Positions 17,061 to 25,968 are shown, numbered from the stretch's first letter. The stretch is DNA of 35,048 nucleotides from an uncultured Methanosarcinales archaeon (GCA_964344235.1 CAYFMJ010000008.1:1-35048); one strand, 5' to 3'. The notes: generated by a model from the letters alone, not told the origin. Numbers and translations: made by a program.

Positions 17061-18251
17061 CTATTGGTGAACCCCAGGAATTTCTGATTCGGTCCACCAC
17101 TGTGAAACAAACCGCCCCTTGTTGCGCATGTATTCTGCGTAGGCCCTATCGGGAATTAGATTTAGTATTCTTTCCCAACGTTCTCTCACCTCTGGACGGG
17201 AGCTTGTTAATCCACGTAAAAATGATTCCACCTGCCGTGGGTTCTTCGCTTCGGCAGTGCCCAGTGCAAAAATATAGTCGAATTCAGACGCATAACGGAC
17301 TGCTGCACTTTTTACGAGGCCAAATCTTCCTTCATCAATGGTTCCATCTTCTCGACGTATAAACCACTCCGCATGATACGCTACTTGTGCTGCAGCATCA
17401 CCATTATGTTCCGGTCCTAAATAATTGTCTTCTGCAATTGCAATGTCGGCAAACTGCTTTAAGAGATGTAGATCTCGGCCATAGAATATTGCAGCATCAC
17501 CTAAAGAAATTACAGGGCAATAATGAGGGAGAACCATCTTATTAGGTGCAATGCCAATTTCTGCGTCTGCGGAGGGAGCCTGTGAAGCAACGTCAACGAA
17601 AACAGTAAACCTCACGTAGGAGTCAGCAAAAGCATCCCCACAATGTGCCAACCCGCCAATCACGTCACGAGGGAGTTCATCCCTACCCAATTTTGATTTT
17701 GTTATGCTTAGTAAATCAGTAAGAACATTTTCTAATTGATCTCTCTCTGACCCGATAACGCCACTCGCTGCCCTAATTGCGCAATGATAATGAACAAGAT
17801 CTCTCCCACAAAGATATAAAGCTTCTCCCCCTACTTTTTCTGGTTTTTGCCATTCTGATCTCTTTTCCAAGAAAATTCTTTTATATGCGTCAGTAAGCTC
17901 TGCCTCAAACAAGAGGAGTCTCTCGCCAGTTGCTGTAAGCTCCTCTAGGCTTCTTGTGTGAATTGAGCGAAGTGCATCGAGGGAGGTTAGTAGATCTGGT
18001 ACTACAATAAGTTCACGTTCTACTGAGTAATAGTGTCCTGGTCTTGCTTGCCGTGCTTCAAAACTTTCTAAAGAATTTAATAAAGCGCTCCAACTCCAAG
18101 CACCAGATTTTTTAGGGCAGGTAGCCAGCCAATTCGCCGCAAATTGTTCTCTACGCAGACGAAGTTTTTCAGCACCAGACTTGTACATGTCTTCTAATTC
18201 CCAATCCGAGGGATCCTTTTCAAAACTCATTTTACTAAAGAATAGGCTCAT
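17061..18251 (-). CDS. Hypothetical protein
   Basis: 396-aa ORF filling the gap between polB and DUF1385. No motif recognised. Confidence 0.8.
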   Translation of the reverse strand: MSLFFSKMSFEKDPSDWELEDMYKSGAEKLRLRREQFAANWLATCPKKSGAWSWSALLNSLESFEARQARPGHYYSVERELIVVPDLLTSLDALRSIHTRSLEELTATGERLLLFEAELTDAYKRIFLEKRSEWQKPEKVGGEALYLCGRDLVHYHCAIRAASGVIGSERDQLENVLTDLLSITKSKLGRDELPRDVIGGLAHCGDAFADSYVRFTVFVDVASQAPSADAEIGIAPNKMVLPHYCPVISLGDAAIFYGRDLHLLKQFADIAIAEDNYLGPEHNGDAAAQVAYHAEWFIRREDGTIDEGRFGLVKSAAVRYASEFDYIFALGTAEAKNPRQVESFLRGLTSSRPEVRERWERILNLIPDRAYAEYMRNKGRFVSQWWTESEIPGVHQ

Positions 18252-18293
18252 TTTTATTAATGTTCCTCTTGTAATTACTGGTAAGTGATAAAC

Positions 18294-20750
18294 TCACATA
18301 AACTGTCCTAAACCGGTCTGCTTGCCTTTGCCCAATAATTCTTCATCAGAATAGCCTAATACAGCGAAGATGGAAGAAACGGCAGGAAGCAGCTGATGGT
18401 TCAAATAATAGTCAGCGTCATACTCTCCCGGTGGAACGTCATCAGGAATGGCTGCTCTTTCCCGTACTAAGCCAGAGCCTTCAGCAATGATATATTCAAC
18501 CATCGTTCCTGGCGTGATCTTGTGGCCTTGCATCTCCATCTTTCTCGCAACTAAAACGTGCGGGCCAATGGAAGTGTATTGCGATAAGTCACGAGTGATT
18601 TGAGTTTTCATAACCAATTTAGAGTTTGATATTTTCTTTGATTGCAGTTCTGATATTTTTTCTTTAACATATTCAATCGCTTCTTCTTTTTGATCAGATA
18701 ACACCAACTCCAACACGTGTTTCTGTGTTTCCTTCGCTAATGGAGACCAATTTCTCCGTACAAATTCAAACCCAGTGATTTTAAGGCCACCATGTTCATT
18801 GATTAATGCATACTTCTTCTTCGCTCCTTTGTCTGTTCCTTTCACCGCAACAAAAATGCCTCTTGGAAAGTGACCTTCAAACTCTAATTCCATATGGCCA
18901 GGAAGTTCAAAGTTGACTTCATTCATGAATTCCATTGCTTCCGTAAGATGTTTTTCCCCCAGCAATAAGAAGCAGGAATCTGTGTCAGCATAAATTACCT
19001 GGAAGCCCTTCTGTTCCGCTTTTTGGATAGTGGTGTGAATGTAATTTCGTGCATAGGCAGTGGTTGAGGCAGCACATTCTAAGCAATACCAGCGAGCACC
19101 AAAAAAGCCGAGGTAACCATAAAATGAATTCGCAAGAATCTTAAGGGCATAGGACCGTGCTTCCAGTATTTTTGTGTCTTCTCCTTTAGTTTTCTGTTCT
19201 TTAATCAGCCGTTTGAGGTCAACCCTTCGAAGAATAAGGCGTTCCAATACAGAGGGGAGGAATTTCTTTTCTTCTCGACAGAACCAGTAGTTCTCTCTCT
19301 CGGGAACTCTTTCTTTATCTTTACAGCAATCGCATTGGAAACTTTCTGGCCCAATATTATGTGCAGTAATAATTGTCGGATACAAAGAACGGAAGTCAAA
19401 GACGATCACATCTTTGTAGAGGTTAGGTGTTGGTTCATAGACAAACGCTCCCTGGATGTGTTCACGCATTCTTCTCTCCATTTGCTGACCGGAGGCTTTG
19501 TTAGGAGCTAGGACGTTAAATTCCATCGCTCGTTTCATGATGTAGTTCTCTACAAGCTTACTAAAGCGCATGTGGATGATGTCGTAGGAAGGGACGCCAA
19601 CGATTTTGGTAAATTCAATAATGTCAGGGAGAAGTTTTACAGCGAGAGTATGTGTTAGATGTGAATCGTGAAGGTTGTATTCACAGAAGTCATGTAACTT
19701 CTCGGGTTCATTATCCCAAATGTGGGCAAGTTCATCGAGGTTCACGTCATGTTTATTGTGGCCCAGTAACTCTTCCGCCACTGAATCGAGAGAATAACTA
19801 TCGGTTTTGAGATTCATGCCAAGAATGTACTTGATAAATTTGAAAATGTCTAGATGGAGTGTGCCTTTAATCTTTACTTCACTGGAACGGAAACCACTTT
19901 TTGCTCTGATTGTTGGTTCAGAGTAGTCAGTACCAATGTCAAATTTTACTTTATGTTTCTTTGCCCTAGCAAGAATGTACGGGAGATCAAAACCGTCCGA
20001 GAAATATCCGGTAAGGATATCTGGTTGGTATTGCAGAATAATTTCTTTACACCGTTTTAGTAGGTCTATCTCATCAGAAACAAATTCTAAGTACTCTAAT
20101 TTGTGAGAGAATTTTTTCCAAGTTATTACTTTTTTGAACGTTTCATTCTTTTCATTGATGCCATAGAATGCTATCATGAGAATTGGATTTTTTTCAAAAT
20201 TGATTTCCCGATCTTTCGCGTAGGTTTCAATGTCAATAGCAAGTGTTTTCCATTGTTGTAATGCGTCCTTGCCTGCATCCTGTATTGCAGTAGCGTGAAA
20301 TTCTGGAACACGTAAGGAACTGGTTTCTTTGAACTCTCCTTCTGCTTTAACAAGTGTCATCGGGGTGATGTTGACATCACGGAGGTAGCGGTGGATAAAT
20401 AAAACGTCTCGTTCGTAACATTGCATACCTCTCGCTTCTAATTCTTTTGCGATGATGGGAACTGCTTTGGGATAGTTGACGTAAATTTTGAGAAACCGTT
20501 GTGTTTTCCCTAGAAGTTCTTCTTCTGTTTCTTCTATGTTTGTTATTTTTGCAGGTTGATGTCTACCCGGGATAATGATGTCTCTTATTGAGGATGACGG
20601 GATGTTCTTCGGGTCAGCAAAAAAGAATGGTTGATGTTCATGAATCACACAGATTTTTGTACCATCTTCTAGCTTACTGTAGAGGTAGACGAGTACTTTA
20701 TTGTCCTGTAGTTTATAGTCAAAACTGTAGGGGTAGAAGGTTATTTCCAT
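18294..20750 (-). CDS. polB: Family B DNA polymerase
   Basis: Exo I DIETY, Exo II FDLPY, Exo III YNLHD, DFRSLYPT, KILANSFYGY, YADTDS. No intein. Confidence 0.97.
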   Translation of the reverse strand: MEITFYPYSFDYKLQDNKVLVYLYSKLEDGTKICVIHEHQPFFFADPKNIPSSSIRDIIIPGRHQPAKITNIEETEEELLGKTQRFLKIYVNYPKAVPIIAKELEARGMQCYERDVLFIHRYLRDVNITPMTLVKAEGEFKETSSLRVPEFHATAIQDAGKDALQQWKTLAIDIETYAKDREINFEKNPILMIAFYGINEKNETFKKVITWKKFSHKLEYLEFVSDEIDLLKRCKEIILQYQPDILTGYFSDGFDLPYILARAKKHKVKFDIGTDYSEPTIRAKSGFRSSEVKIKGTLHLDIFKFIKYILGMNLKTDSYSLDSVAEELLGHNKHDVNLDELAHIWDNEPEKLHDFCEYNLHDSHLTHTLAVKLLPDIIEFTKIVGVPSYDIIHMRFSKLVENYIMKRAMEFNVLAPNKASGQQMERRMREHIQGAFVYEPTPNLYKDVIVFDFRSLYPTIITAHNIGPESFQCDCCKDKERVPERENYWFCREEKKFLPSVLERLILRRVDLKRLIKEQKTKGEDTKILEARSYALKILANSFYGYLGFFGARWYCLECAASTTAYARNYIHTTIQKAEQKGFQVIYADTDSCFLLLGEKHLTEAMEFMNEVNFELPGHMELEFEGHFPRGIFVAVKGTDKGAKKKYALINEHGGLKITGFEFVRRNWSPLAKETQKHVLELVLSDQKEEAIEYVKEKISELQSKKISNSKLVMKTQITRDLSQYTSIGPHVLVARKMEMQGHKITPGTMVEYIIAEGSGLVRERAAIPDDVPPGEYDADYYLNHQLLPAVSSIFAVLGYSDEELLGKGKQTGLGQFM

Positions 20751-20786
20751 GGTTATGTTGGGAGCGTGATTTTTTATAAAGGTTGT

Positions 20787-21227
20787 TTAAAGATTTTTCT
20801 TAGAATTGAGGAATTCATTAATCGCTTGGAGTATATAATCCCCATATTTTCCTAACTTCTCGGGACCAATACCTGAGATCTTTCGTAATTGTTCTCGAGT
20901 CCTAGGTCGATCTTCCGAGAGTTGTATTAATGTTTTATCATTAAAGATGTGATAAGCTGGGAGTGTTTCTTTACGAGAAAGTTGCATACGAACTCTACGT
21001 AGTTTGTTAAACAATAAGTGATCATCACTCACGAGACTTTCCTCTCGAGAAAGAGGGACCTTCTTCGAGGGGATGGTTAATTGTTTATAACAGTCCTCAC
21101 AATAGTTCTCACCCGTGTTGTAACTAAGTCCACTGGAAGCGCTGAAGAGGTCCTGGCCAGGGAGATAATGGACTTGTAGAATGTTTAATTCCTTTTTGCA
21201 TGACGAGCACTTAACTATCCTTTCCAT
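20787..21227 (-). CDS. HRDC-domain protein with N-terminal Cys-pair (Zn) domain
   Basis: CSSC and CEDC, then LFNKLRRVRMQLSRKETLPAYHIFNDKTLIQL...ISGIGPEKLGKYG (HRDC). Confidence 0.88.
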   Translation of the reverse strand: MERIVKCSSCKKELNILQVHYLPGQDLFSASSGLSYNTGENYCEDCYKQLTIPSKKVPLSREESLVSDDHLLFNKLRRVRMQLSRKETLPAYHIFNDKTLIQLSEDRPRTREQLRKISGIGPEKLGKYGDYILQAINEFLNSKKNL

Positions 21228-21341
21228 GGTATCTAAATGGCGAGCTACTTTAAATAAACTACCCACAGTTGTCTAGTGGGAAGTGGCTATTGCTTTGTTA
21301 ATCGCCCAAAATTTTATATAATTTCTAAATATGGATACTAC

Positions 21342-21521
21342 ATGGGGGTTAGAAAGCGGAAGGATGATCCGCATAACAAGCGGTTGGACTTATTCTTAGA
21401 AGAGTTGCAGATTGAGAAAGATACACGAAAAAAGATTATTGCTCATGTTGAGAACTTAACAATGGATGCGTTGAAGGGCATCAGTAAACCGAAGTTACGA
21501 TTACAAAAGCCAGAGGATTAA
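21342..21521 (+). CDS. Small hypothetical protein (59 aa)
   Basis: TTTTATATAA at 21312-21321, about 20 nt before ATG21342. Charged and probably helical. Confidence 0.65.
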   Translation: MGVRKRKDDPHNKRLDLFLEELQIEKDTRKKIIAHVENLTMDALKGISKPKLRLQKPED

Positions 21522-22036
21522 GGGATTCTTTTGAGAGATTTGAGAAGATAGTTGTCTTTGCCTTTCTTTGAGGTGACTTTTTCTGTGGGGGTTTCTGTTG
21601 TAGGTTCTTCTTTTGGGGCCGAGAGTGTGGGAAGTGTTTCTTTCAGTAAATCAAACGTTGCTTCCAATTCGTCTTCCATCATTTGTTTTGGTTCCCATTG
21701 CAAGTTAAGCCCATCATTCTCCTGACGTGGGATGACTTCAATGCTAAAGTGTGGGACTGTCTGTCCTGCGCCCAAGCCATTTTGAATAACAATGTTTGTT
21801 CCCTGGGCACCAAGAGATTCGAAGACAGCGATGCTGACTTTATTCGCTAACACTGAACATTTTTCGAGGATAACATCTGGAACCATCTCCAGAATAGTAT
21901 GGTGTTCTTTCGGGATGACACTGATTTGGCCCGGTGTAGCAACGTGATCACGGATAGCTACGATAACGTCAATATCTTCTACTAAGATTATTGCGTTACT
22001 ATTTCCCTGGATGATGTCGCAGTATTCACATGCCAT
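21518..22036 (-). CDS. HIT-fold protein lacking the canonical triad (HFSIE)
   Basis: CEYC, PGQISVIPKEH, GTNIVIQNG..AGQTVPHFSIEVIPR. Confidence 0.9.
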   Translation of the reverse strand: MACEYCDIIQGNSNAIILVEDIDVIVAIRDHVATPGQISVIPKEHHTILEMVPDVILEKCSVLANKVSIAVFESLGAQGTNIVIQNGLGAGQTVPHFSIEVIPRQENDGLNLQWEPKQMMEDELEATFDLLKETLPTLSAPKEEPTTETPTEKVTSKKGKDNYLLKSLKRIP

Positions 22037-22755
22037 TATCGAAATAAATTTGCGATGTCGTCTAATGACGCGTCTGTATCTGATTCTTCTGTATCGTCAT
22101 CGCTTTCCTCCTCTGTTTCATCGTCTTCATCTGGTTCATCCATTTCTGGCTCATTATCTTCTTCCGGTTCTTCGGTTGGCTCTTCCTCAGGTTCTGGTTC
22201 CGGCTCCGGTGTTGGTTTTGGCCGTACAACTTCTTTTTGAATTCCCAATAATTCGTTGAGTTTGTTTTCAATTGCATTACGAACGTTTTCTTGCATTGCT
22301 GTGTCGATTAATTTACTATCAAGATCAAGAATACCATCGCCCTCTTTCCGTGGAATAATGTGAATCATAAAATGTTGCGCCCGCTGTCCTGCTGCTAAGC
22401 CATTGGCAATGAACACATTCGTACCAGATACACGCATTGCTTTGAGTAATAATTGGGAAAGAGTTTTAGCGGTGAGGAAAAGGTGGCGAAGCGTTTCTTC
22501 GGGAAGCTGCGGCATAATAGAGTAATGTTCTTTTGGGATCAGTAGGAGATGGCCTTTCGTTGCAGGATTAATATCAAGAATCGCAAAACAGATATCATCT
22601 TCATAGACTTTTTTTGAGGGAATTTTCCCAGAAAGAATTTGACAAAAGATACATTGTTGTTTTTGTAGTTGTGCTATCTCTTCAGGAGACATGTTTTTGA
22701 GTTTTTCTTCTAGCTCTTTCCGTTGTTCTTCTGTGAGTTGGGGAGCTTCTGCCAT
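22036..22755 (-). CDS. HIT-fold protein with HFMIH motif and long acidic tail
   Basis: CIFC, ILDINPATKGHLLLIPKEH, AGQRAQHFMIHIIPR. D/E/P-rich C-terminus ending SLDDIANLFR. Confidence 0.92.
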   Translation of the reverse strand: MAEAPQLTEEQRKELEEKLKNMSPEEIAQLQKQQCIFCQILSGKIPSKKVYEDDICFAILDINPATKGHLLLIPKEHYSIMPQLPEETLRHLFLTAKTLSQLLLKAMRVSGTNVFIANGLAAGQRAQHFMIHIIPRKEGDGILDLDSKLIDTAMQENVRNAIENKLNELLGIQKEVVRPKPTPEPEPEPEEEPTEEPEEDNEPEMDEPDEDDETEEESDDDTEESDTDASLDDIANLFR

Positions 22756-22785
22756 GGTTTTGGAAGGTGAAGTAGCTATTTAAAA

Positions 22786-23613
22786 TTAGTGTTTCTTCGA
22801 CTTTTGTAGGGCTTCTTTCACGTTGTTAAAATGAAGTTTGACAAATTTTTCGGGTGGTAAGTTCCGTTCTTCTAATTCGTGAAGTGCTATTTTGACATGT
22901 GTACTGCCTTTCGGTATAGGGAAACCGGCCACACTACTGAGGTAATGCAGTTGGTGGAGAGCAGCTGCTCGTGCTAAAACGGAAGCAGCGGCAACTTCGA
23001 GATATTTTGATTCCGCTTTGGTCGTAATTACATCACCAGTTGTGCAGCCAGGATACTGATCAACGATATGTTTGCCTGGTCCTAAGTCATTACGGGCAGC
23101 AGCATGAAGTTTGTTGAGCAGATCGGTCACGTTGCCGTCTTTTTTGTTGTACTCTTCTGGGAGAAGGCTTTTAATTTCGCAGGGAACTGCACGTTTAACT
23201 TCTTCTGCTAGACGAAGAACTTCTTGATCTTTGAGTTTTTTACTGTCGGCAACACCGAGTTCTTTAAGTTTGGTTCTGAGCTTGGCATCTGCACGGACGG
23301 CTGCAACAACTAAACCCCCAAATGTATCTCCTTTGAGTGCTTCGTCACTGCCAATAATCCATCCCGTTTCTTTACGAAATGATTCTTTTTTTGTTTCTTC
23401 TCCAATACTTAGCTTTTCTAATTGGCCGGCGATCTTTTCTACAGCTTCCTCTTTTCCTTGTAGCAGAAGTTTGCCTGATTTATACAGAACGAGGGAGACG
23501 TTACTTTTCTTTAAGCGGAGTTCTTCATACGCCGTTTTAGGCGCGTCCATAGTGAAGCCTTTTCTCAATAGTTTAGCGGCATCCTCTTTTGTAACCTTTT
23601 TGAATACGGGCAT
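22786..23613 (-). CDS. rnhC: Ribonuclease HIII-like protein (N-terminal TBP-like domain plus RNase H2 fold)
   Basis: N-terminal VSLVLYKSGKLLLQG, then IGSDEALKGDTFGGLVV, GVADSKKL, IVDQY, KAESKYLEVAAASVLAR. Confidence 0.85.
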   Translation of the reverse strand: MPVFKKVTKEDAAKLLRKGFTMDAPKTAYEELRLKKSNVSLVLYKSGKLLLQGKEEAVEKIAGQLEKLSIGEETKKESFRKETGWIIGSDEALKGDTFGGLVVAAVRADAKLRTKLKELGVADSKKLKDQEVLRLAEEVKRAVPCEIKSLLPEEYNKKDGNVTDLLNKLHAAARNDLGPGKHIVDQYPGCTTGDVITTKAESKYLEVAAASVLARAAALHQLHYLSSVAGFPIPKGSTHVKIALHELEERNLPPEKFVKLHFNNVKEALQKSKKH

Positions 23614-23662
23614 GGGTTGAAGAAGGGAAAGTGTGTTTAAAAAAGTACCGACAATGTGTTTG

Positions 23663-24322
23663 TTAGAAATCTCCTAATGTGCTCTGTTTCTTGGCTTCTT
23701 CGATGTTTTTGTAGGATTGCCATTGTTTGCGGAATAAAGAAGCATGAGTGGAGTGGTGCTCTTTCAGGAACTCTTGTGTTTTAGGATCGGACATATAGCC
23801 AGAACCGAAGTCAATACCAATTTCGGTTTTATGTTTCTCAATAATTCTATCTCGAATGACTTTTGCAATCACAGAGGCAGCGGCAACGGCAATGTAGTTA
23901 AGGTCTGCTTTATGTTCCACAATGAGGGTTTGGTTTGTGATGTTAGCTTTTTGGGTAAAGTAATCTTTGTACGCTTCTATATTTCTGCTAGGGCAATCCA
24001 GAATAATGGTGTCTGCTTTGAGTTCTGACACTAAACGGGCAGAGGTATCCGCTTCCAACCAGTTAAGGTTAGAAGTTTCTGAAGTGAGTGAGAGGTCGAT
24101 TGCATCTGGTTCTACAACCTCAATACGGAAGTCGTGCACGATTTCATGAATTCTATCGAATAATTCTTCCCGTGCTTGTTTGCTGAGTAATTTAGAATCT
24201 TTCACACCCATCCATTCTAATTTCTTGAGATCTTCTTCTTTGAAGGAAAGCGCTACCATGACTAATGGTCCTAGTACAGGTCCTCTACCAGCTTCATCAA
24301 TACCGAGGATTATATTGCCCAT
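23663..24322 (-). CDS. rnhB: Ribonuclease HII
   Basis: LGIDEAGRGPVLGPLV, GVKDSK, KAD..YIAVAAASVIAKV, DFGSGYMSDPKT. Confidence 0.97.
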   Translation of the reverse strand: MGNIILGIDEAGRGPVLGPLVMVALSFKEEDLKKLEWMGVKDSKLLSKQAREELFDRIHEIVHDFRIEVVEPDAIDLSLTSETSNLNWLEADTSARLVSELKADTIILDCPSRNIEAYKDYFTQKANITNQTLIVEHKADLNYIAVAAASVIAKVIRDRIIEKHKTEIGIDFGSGYMSDPKTQEFLKEHHSTHASLFRKQWQSYKNIEEAKKQSTLGDF

Positions 24323-24367
24323 AGTATATCAGAGATTTACTATTTTTTAATAATTGTGTAAGAAGAC

Positions 24368-24661
24368 TTAATCGTACGTGATGTCTGCTGTTGATGCGCC
24401 GGTAAGTTCTATTTTTGCACCGTCCTCCAAAGCAGCAGCATAATTCCCCAAAACTTCCTGTATTAGTGCTTCATTAGGCCAATTGCCAAGACGGTACGCC
24501 CTACCCCATGGCATTCGCACCTCTATGTAATGTCGCTCGCCTTCTGTTCCCCTGGCCAAAATAACATGTGAATCTGCATCTAAAACAACAGAACCAATAT
24601 TTTTTGCAGCAATTCTTCTGGAATCAATAACTTGCGGCCTGGTGTCTGCTGTCTTTCTCAT
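24368..24661 (-). CDS. Hypothetical protein
   Basis: ATG24661 lies 4 nt after the stop of the wHTH gene. Confidence 0.6.
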   Translation of the reverse strand: MRKTADTRPQVIDSRRIAAKNIGSVVLDADSHVILARGTEGERHYIEVRMPWGRAYRLGNWPNEALIQEVLGNYAAALEDGAKIELTGASTADITYD

Positions 24662-24665
24662 TTTA

Positions 24666-24956
24666 TTATAACCCAAAGGCGTCAGTAAACTCGCGCATTC
24701 TTCTGTATTCTGCTAAGAAGCTTAAGCCTTTATCGGTAATCACAACAGTTTTAGTACTTTTCTGTCGTTTCTTGACTTGTTGTTCTTGGATTTCAACTAA
24801 TTCTTTCCCAACAAGTTCTTCAAGATAGTGGTTCAGAAGTTTATGAGAAAGGTTTGATTTATACATTAAATGGGTTGGTTTGATAACTCCGCCTTTATTC
24901 TGAATAGCCAGAAGGATGTCAAAGATAAGTTCTAATCGTGATCGTCTGCCTGCCAT
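24666..24956 (-). CDS. Archaeal winged helix-turn-helix transcriptional regulator
   Basis: RRSRLELIFDIL...KPTHLMYKSNLS...YLEELVGKELV...ITDKG is typical of small archaeal wHTH proteins. Confidence 0.88.
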   Translation of the reverse strand: MAGRRSRLELIFDILLAIQNKGGVIKPTHLMYKSNLSHKLLNHYLEELVGKELVEIQEQQVKKRQKSTKTVVITDKGLSFLAEYRRMREFTDAFGL

Positions 24957-24958
24957 GG

Positions 24959-25663
24959 TTATCGTGATGTTATTTTAATGTATGTAAGGAGTAGTTGGAT
25001 GAAGCCAATTAACATGAACACTTCTCCAACTACGTATAATGTTTCCGAAAGGAAGATGAAGATAAATGCCAAATTTCCTAGGAAAATGAAGATAAACGCG
25101 TTCATTACTTTGAGTGAATTAGGATTCTGGGTTCGTAAGTAGTTTTTGTAGTAGTTAAGCACGATCAAACTTAGTAGGACTGTGCTCGTTAGATAAAAGA
25201 CGGTGTATTGGAAGTTACTCACTACTGAGACTAAAAGTACTAGGTAGATGAATAAGCCAATTTGGGTCATTTCGTGGAATTTCTGTAATCTTCTTCTCCC
25301 CTTTTGTGAGATGAAAAAGACTAACAACCACGCTCCCAACATTGGAGCCATTTCTAGGAAATACCCTAAGCGGTAAAATATAACAGAATATTGTCGGGCT
25401 GTCCCAACAGCAGACCCAAGGACAGCATCTGCTGCTGTTCTGGCCATGCTAAAATATACCGTACTTGAAGTTATTCCTTTCACTAGTAAAGCAAAACTGA
25501 CCATAACAAATGCTAAAGAGAAGTAGAGATATTTTGTTTCCTTAGACAAACGGAAAACACGCCAACTATAACCAGCAATGAATAATGCAATAACTAAACC
25601 TACAAGGTCAAACAAGATGTCCCATCCGTGGAACCATACTGGTGTAACAAACAATCCGTTCAT
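24959..25663 (-). CDS. Polytopic membrane protein (about 7 TM)
   Basis: About seven hydrophobic segments and SD-like AGGGGG. Its stop lies 2 nt before the wHTH ATG. Confidence 0.85.
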   Translation of the reverse strand: MNGLFVTPVWFHGWDILFDLVGLVIALFIAGYSWRVFRLSKETKYLYFSLAFVMVSFALLVKGITSSTVYFSMARTAADAVLGSAVGTARQYSVIFYRLGYFLEMAPMLGAWLLVFFISQKGRRRLQKFHEMTQIGLFIYLVLLVSVVSNFQYTVFYLTSTVLLSLIVLNYYKNYLRTQNPNSLKVMNAFIFIFLGNLAFIFIFLSETLYVVGEVFMLIGFIQLLLTYIKITSR

Positions 25664-25792
25664 GACAAAACCCCCTAAATTACTTAATAGTAACAAATCC
25701 GAAAGTCCATTTAAAAAGTTTATGGTTAATTCTTCTGCACTTACACTTCAGTGTGTTTATATAGATGTTTTCGTCTAAAGACAGTGGTGATT

Positions 25793-25900
25793 ATGATGGT
25801 AAACGATCTGGAGCAATTTGTGAATGGTTTAACGACGCAAGAAATTGTGTATTTACTGTATTCAAAAGGGTTTCGGAGAGAATCCAAAATGGCACCATAA
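25793..25900 (+). CDS. Small protein, 35 aa (MMVNDLEQFVNGLTTQEIVYLLYSKGFRRESKMAP)
   Basis: TTTATATA box at about 25756-25763, SD-like GGTGAT before the ATGs, and a downstream terminator. Confidence 0.5.
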   Translation: MMVNDLEQFVNGLTTQEIVYLLYSKGFRRESKMAP

Positions 25901-25942
25901 ATTCATTTTACGAAAAACACCCTATATACCCACAACCTTCTT

Positions 25943-25967
25943 CCGGATCTTCGGATCCGGTTTTTTT
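25943..25967 (+). terminator. Intrinsic terminator-like hairpin with C(UUCG)G tetraloop and T7 tract
   Basis: CCGGATC-TTCG-GATCCGG-TTTTTTT. Confidence 0.8.
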
Positions 25968-25968
25968 A

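Noticed and set aside
18294-20750. Inactive, split or intein-containing PolB
   Set aside because: All polymerase and exonuclease motifs are present in one 818-aa ORF. YADTDS is a minor variant.
22055-22277. Ser-rich ORF 22055-22240 (+) and ORF 22062-22277 (-)
   Set aside because: They are alternative readings of the acidic low-complexity tail of the HIT gene.
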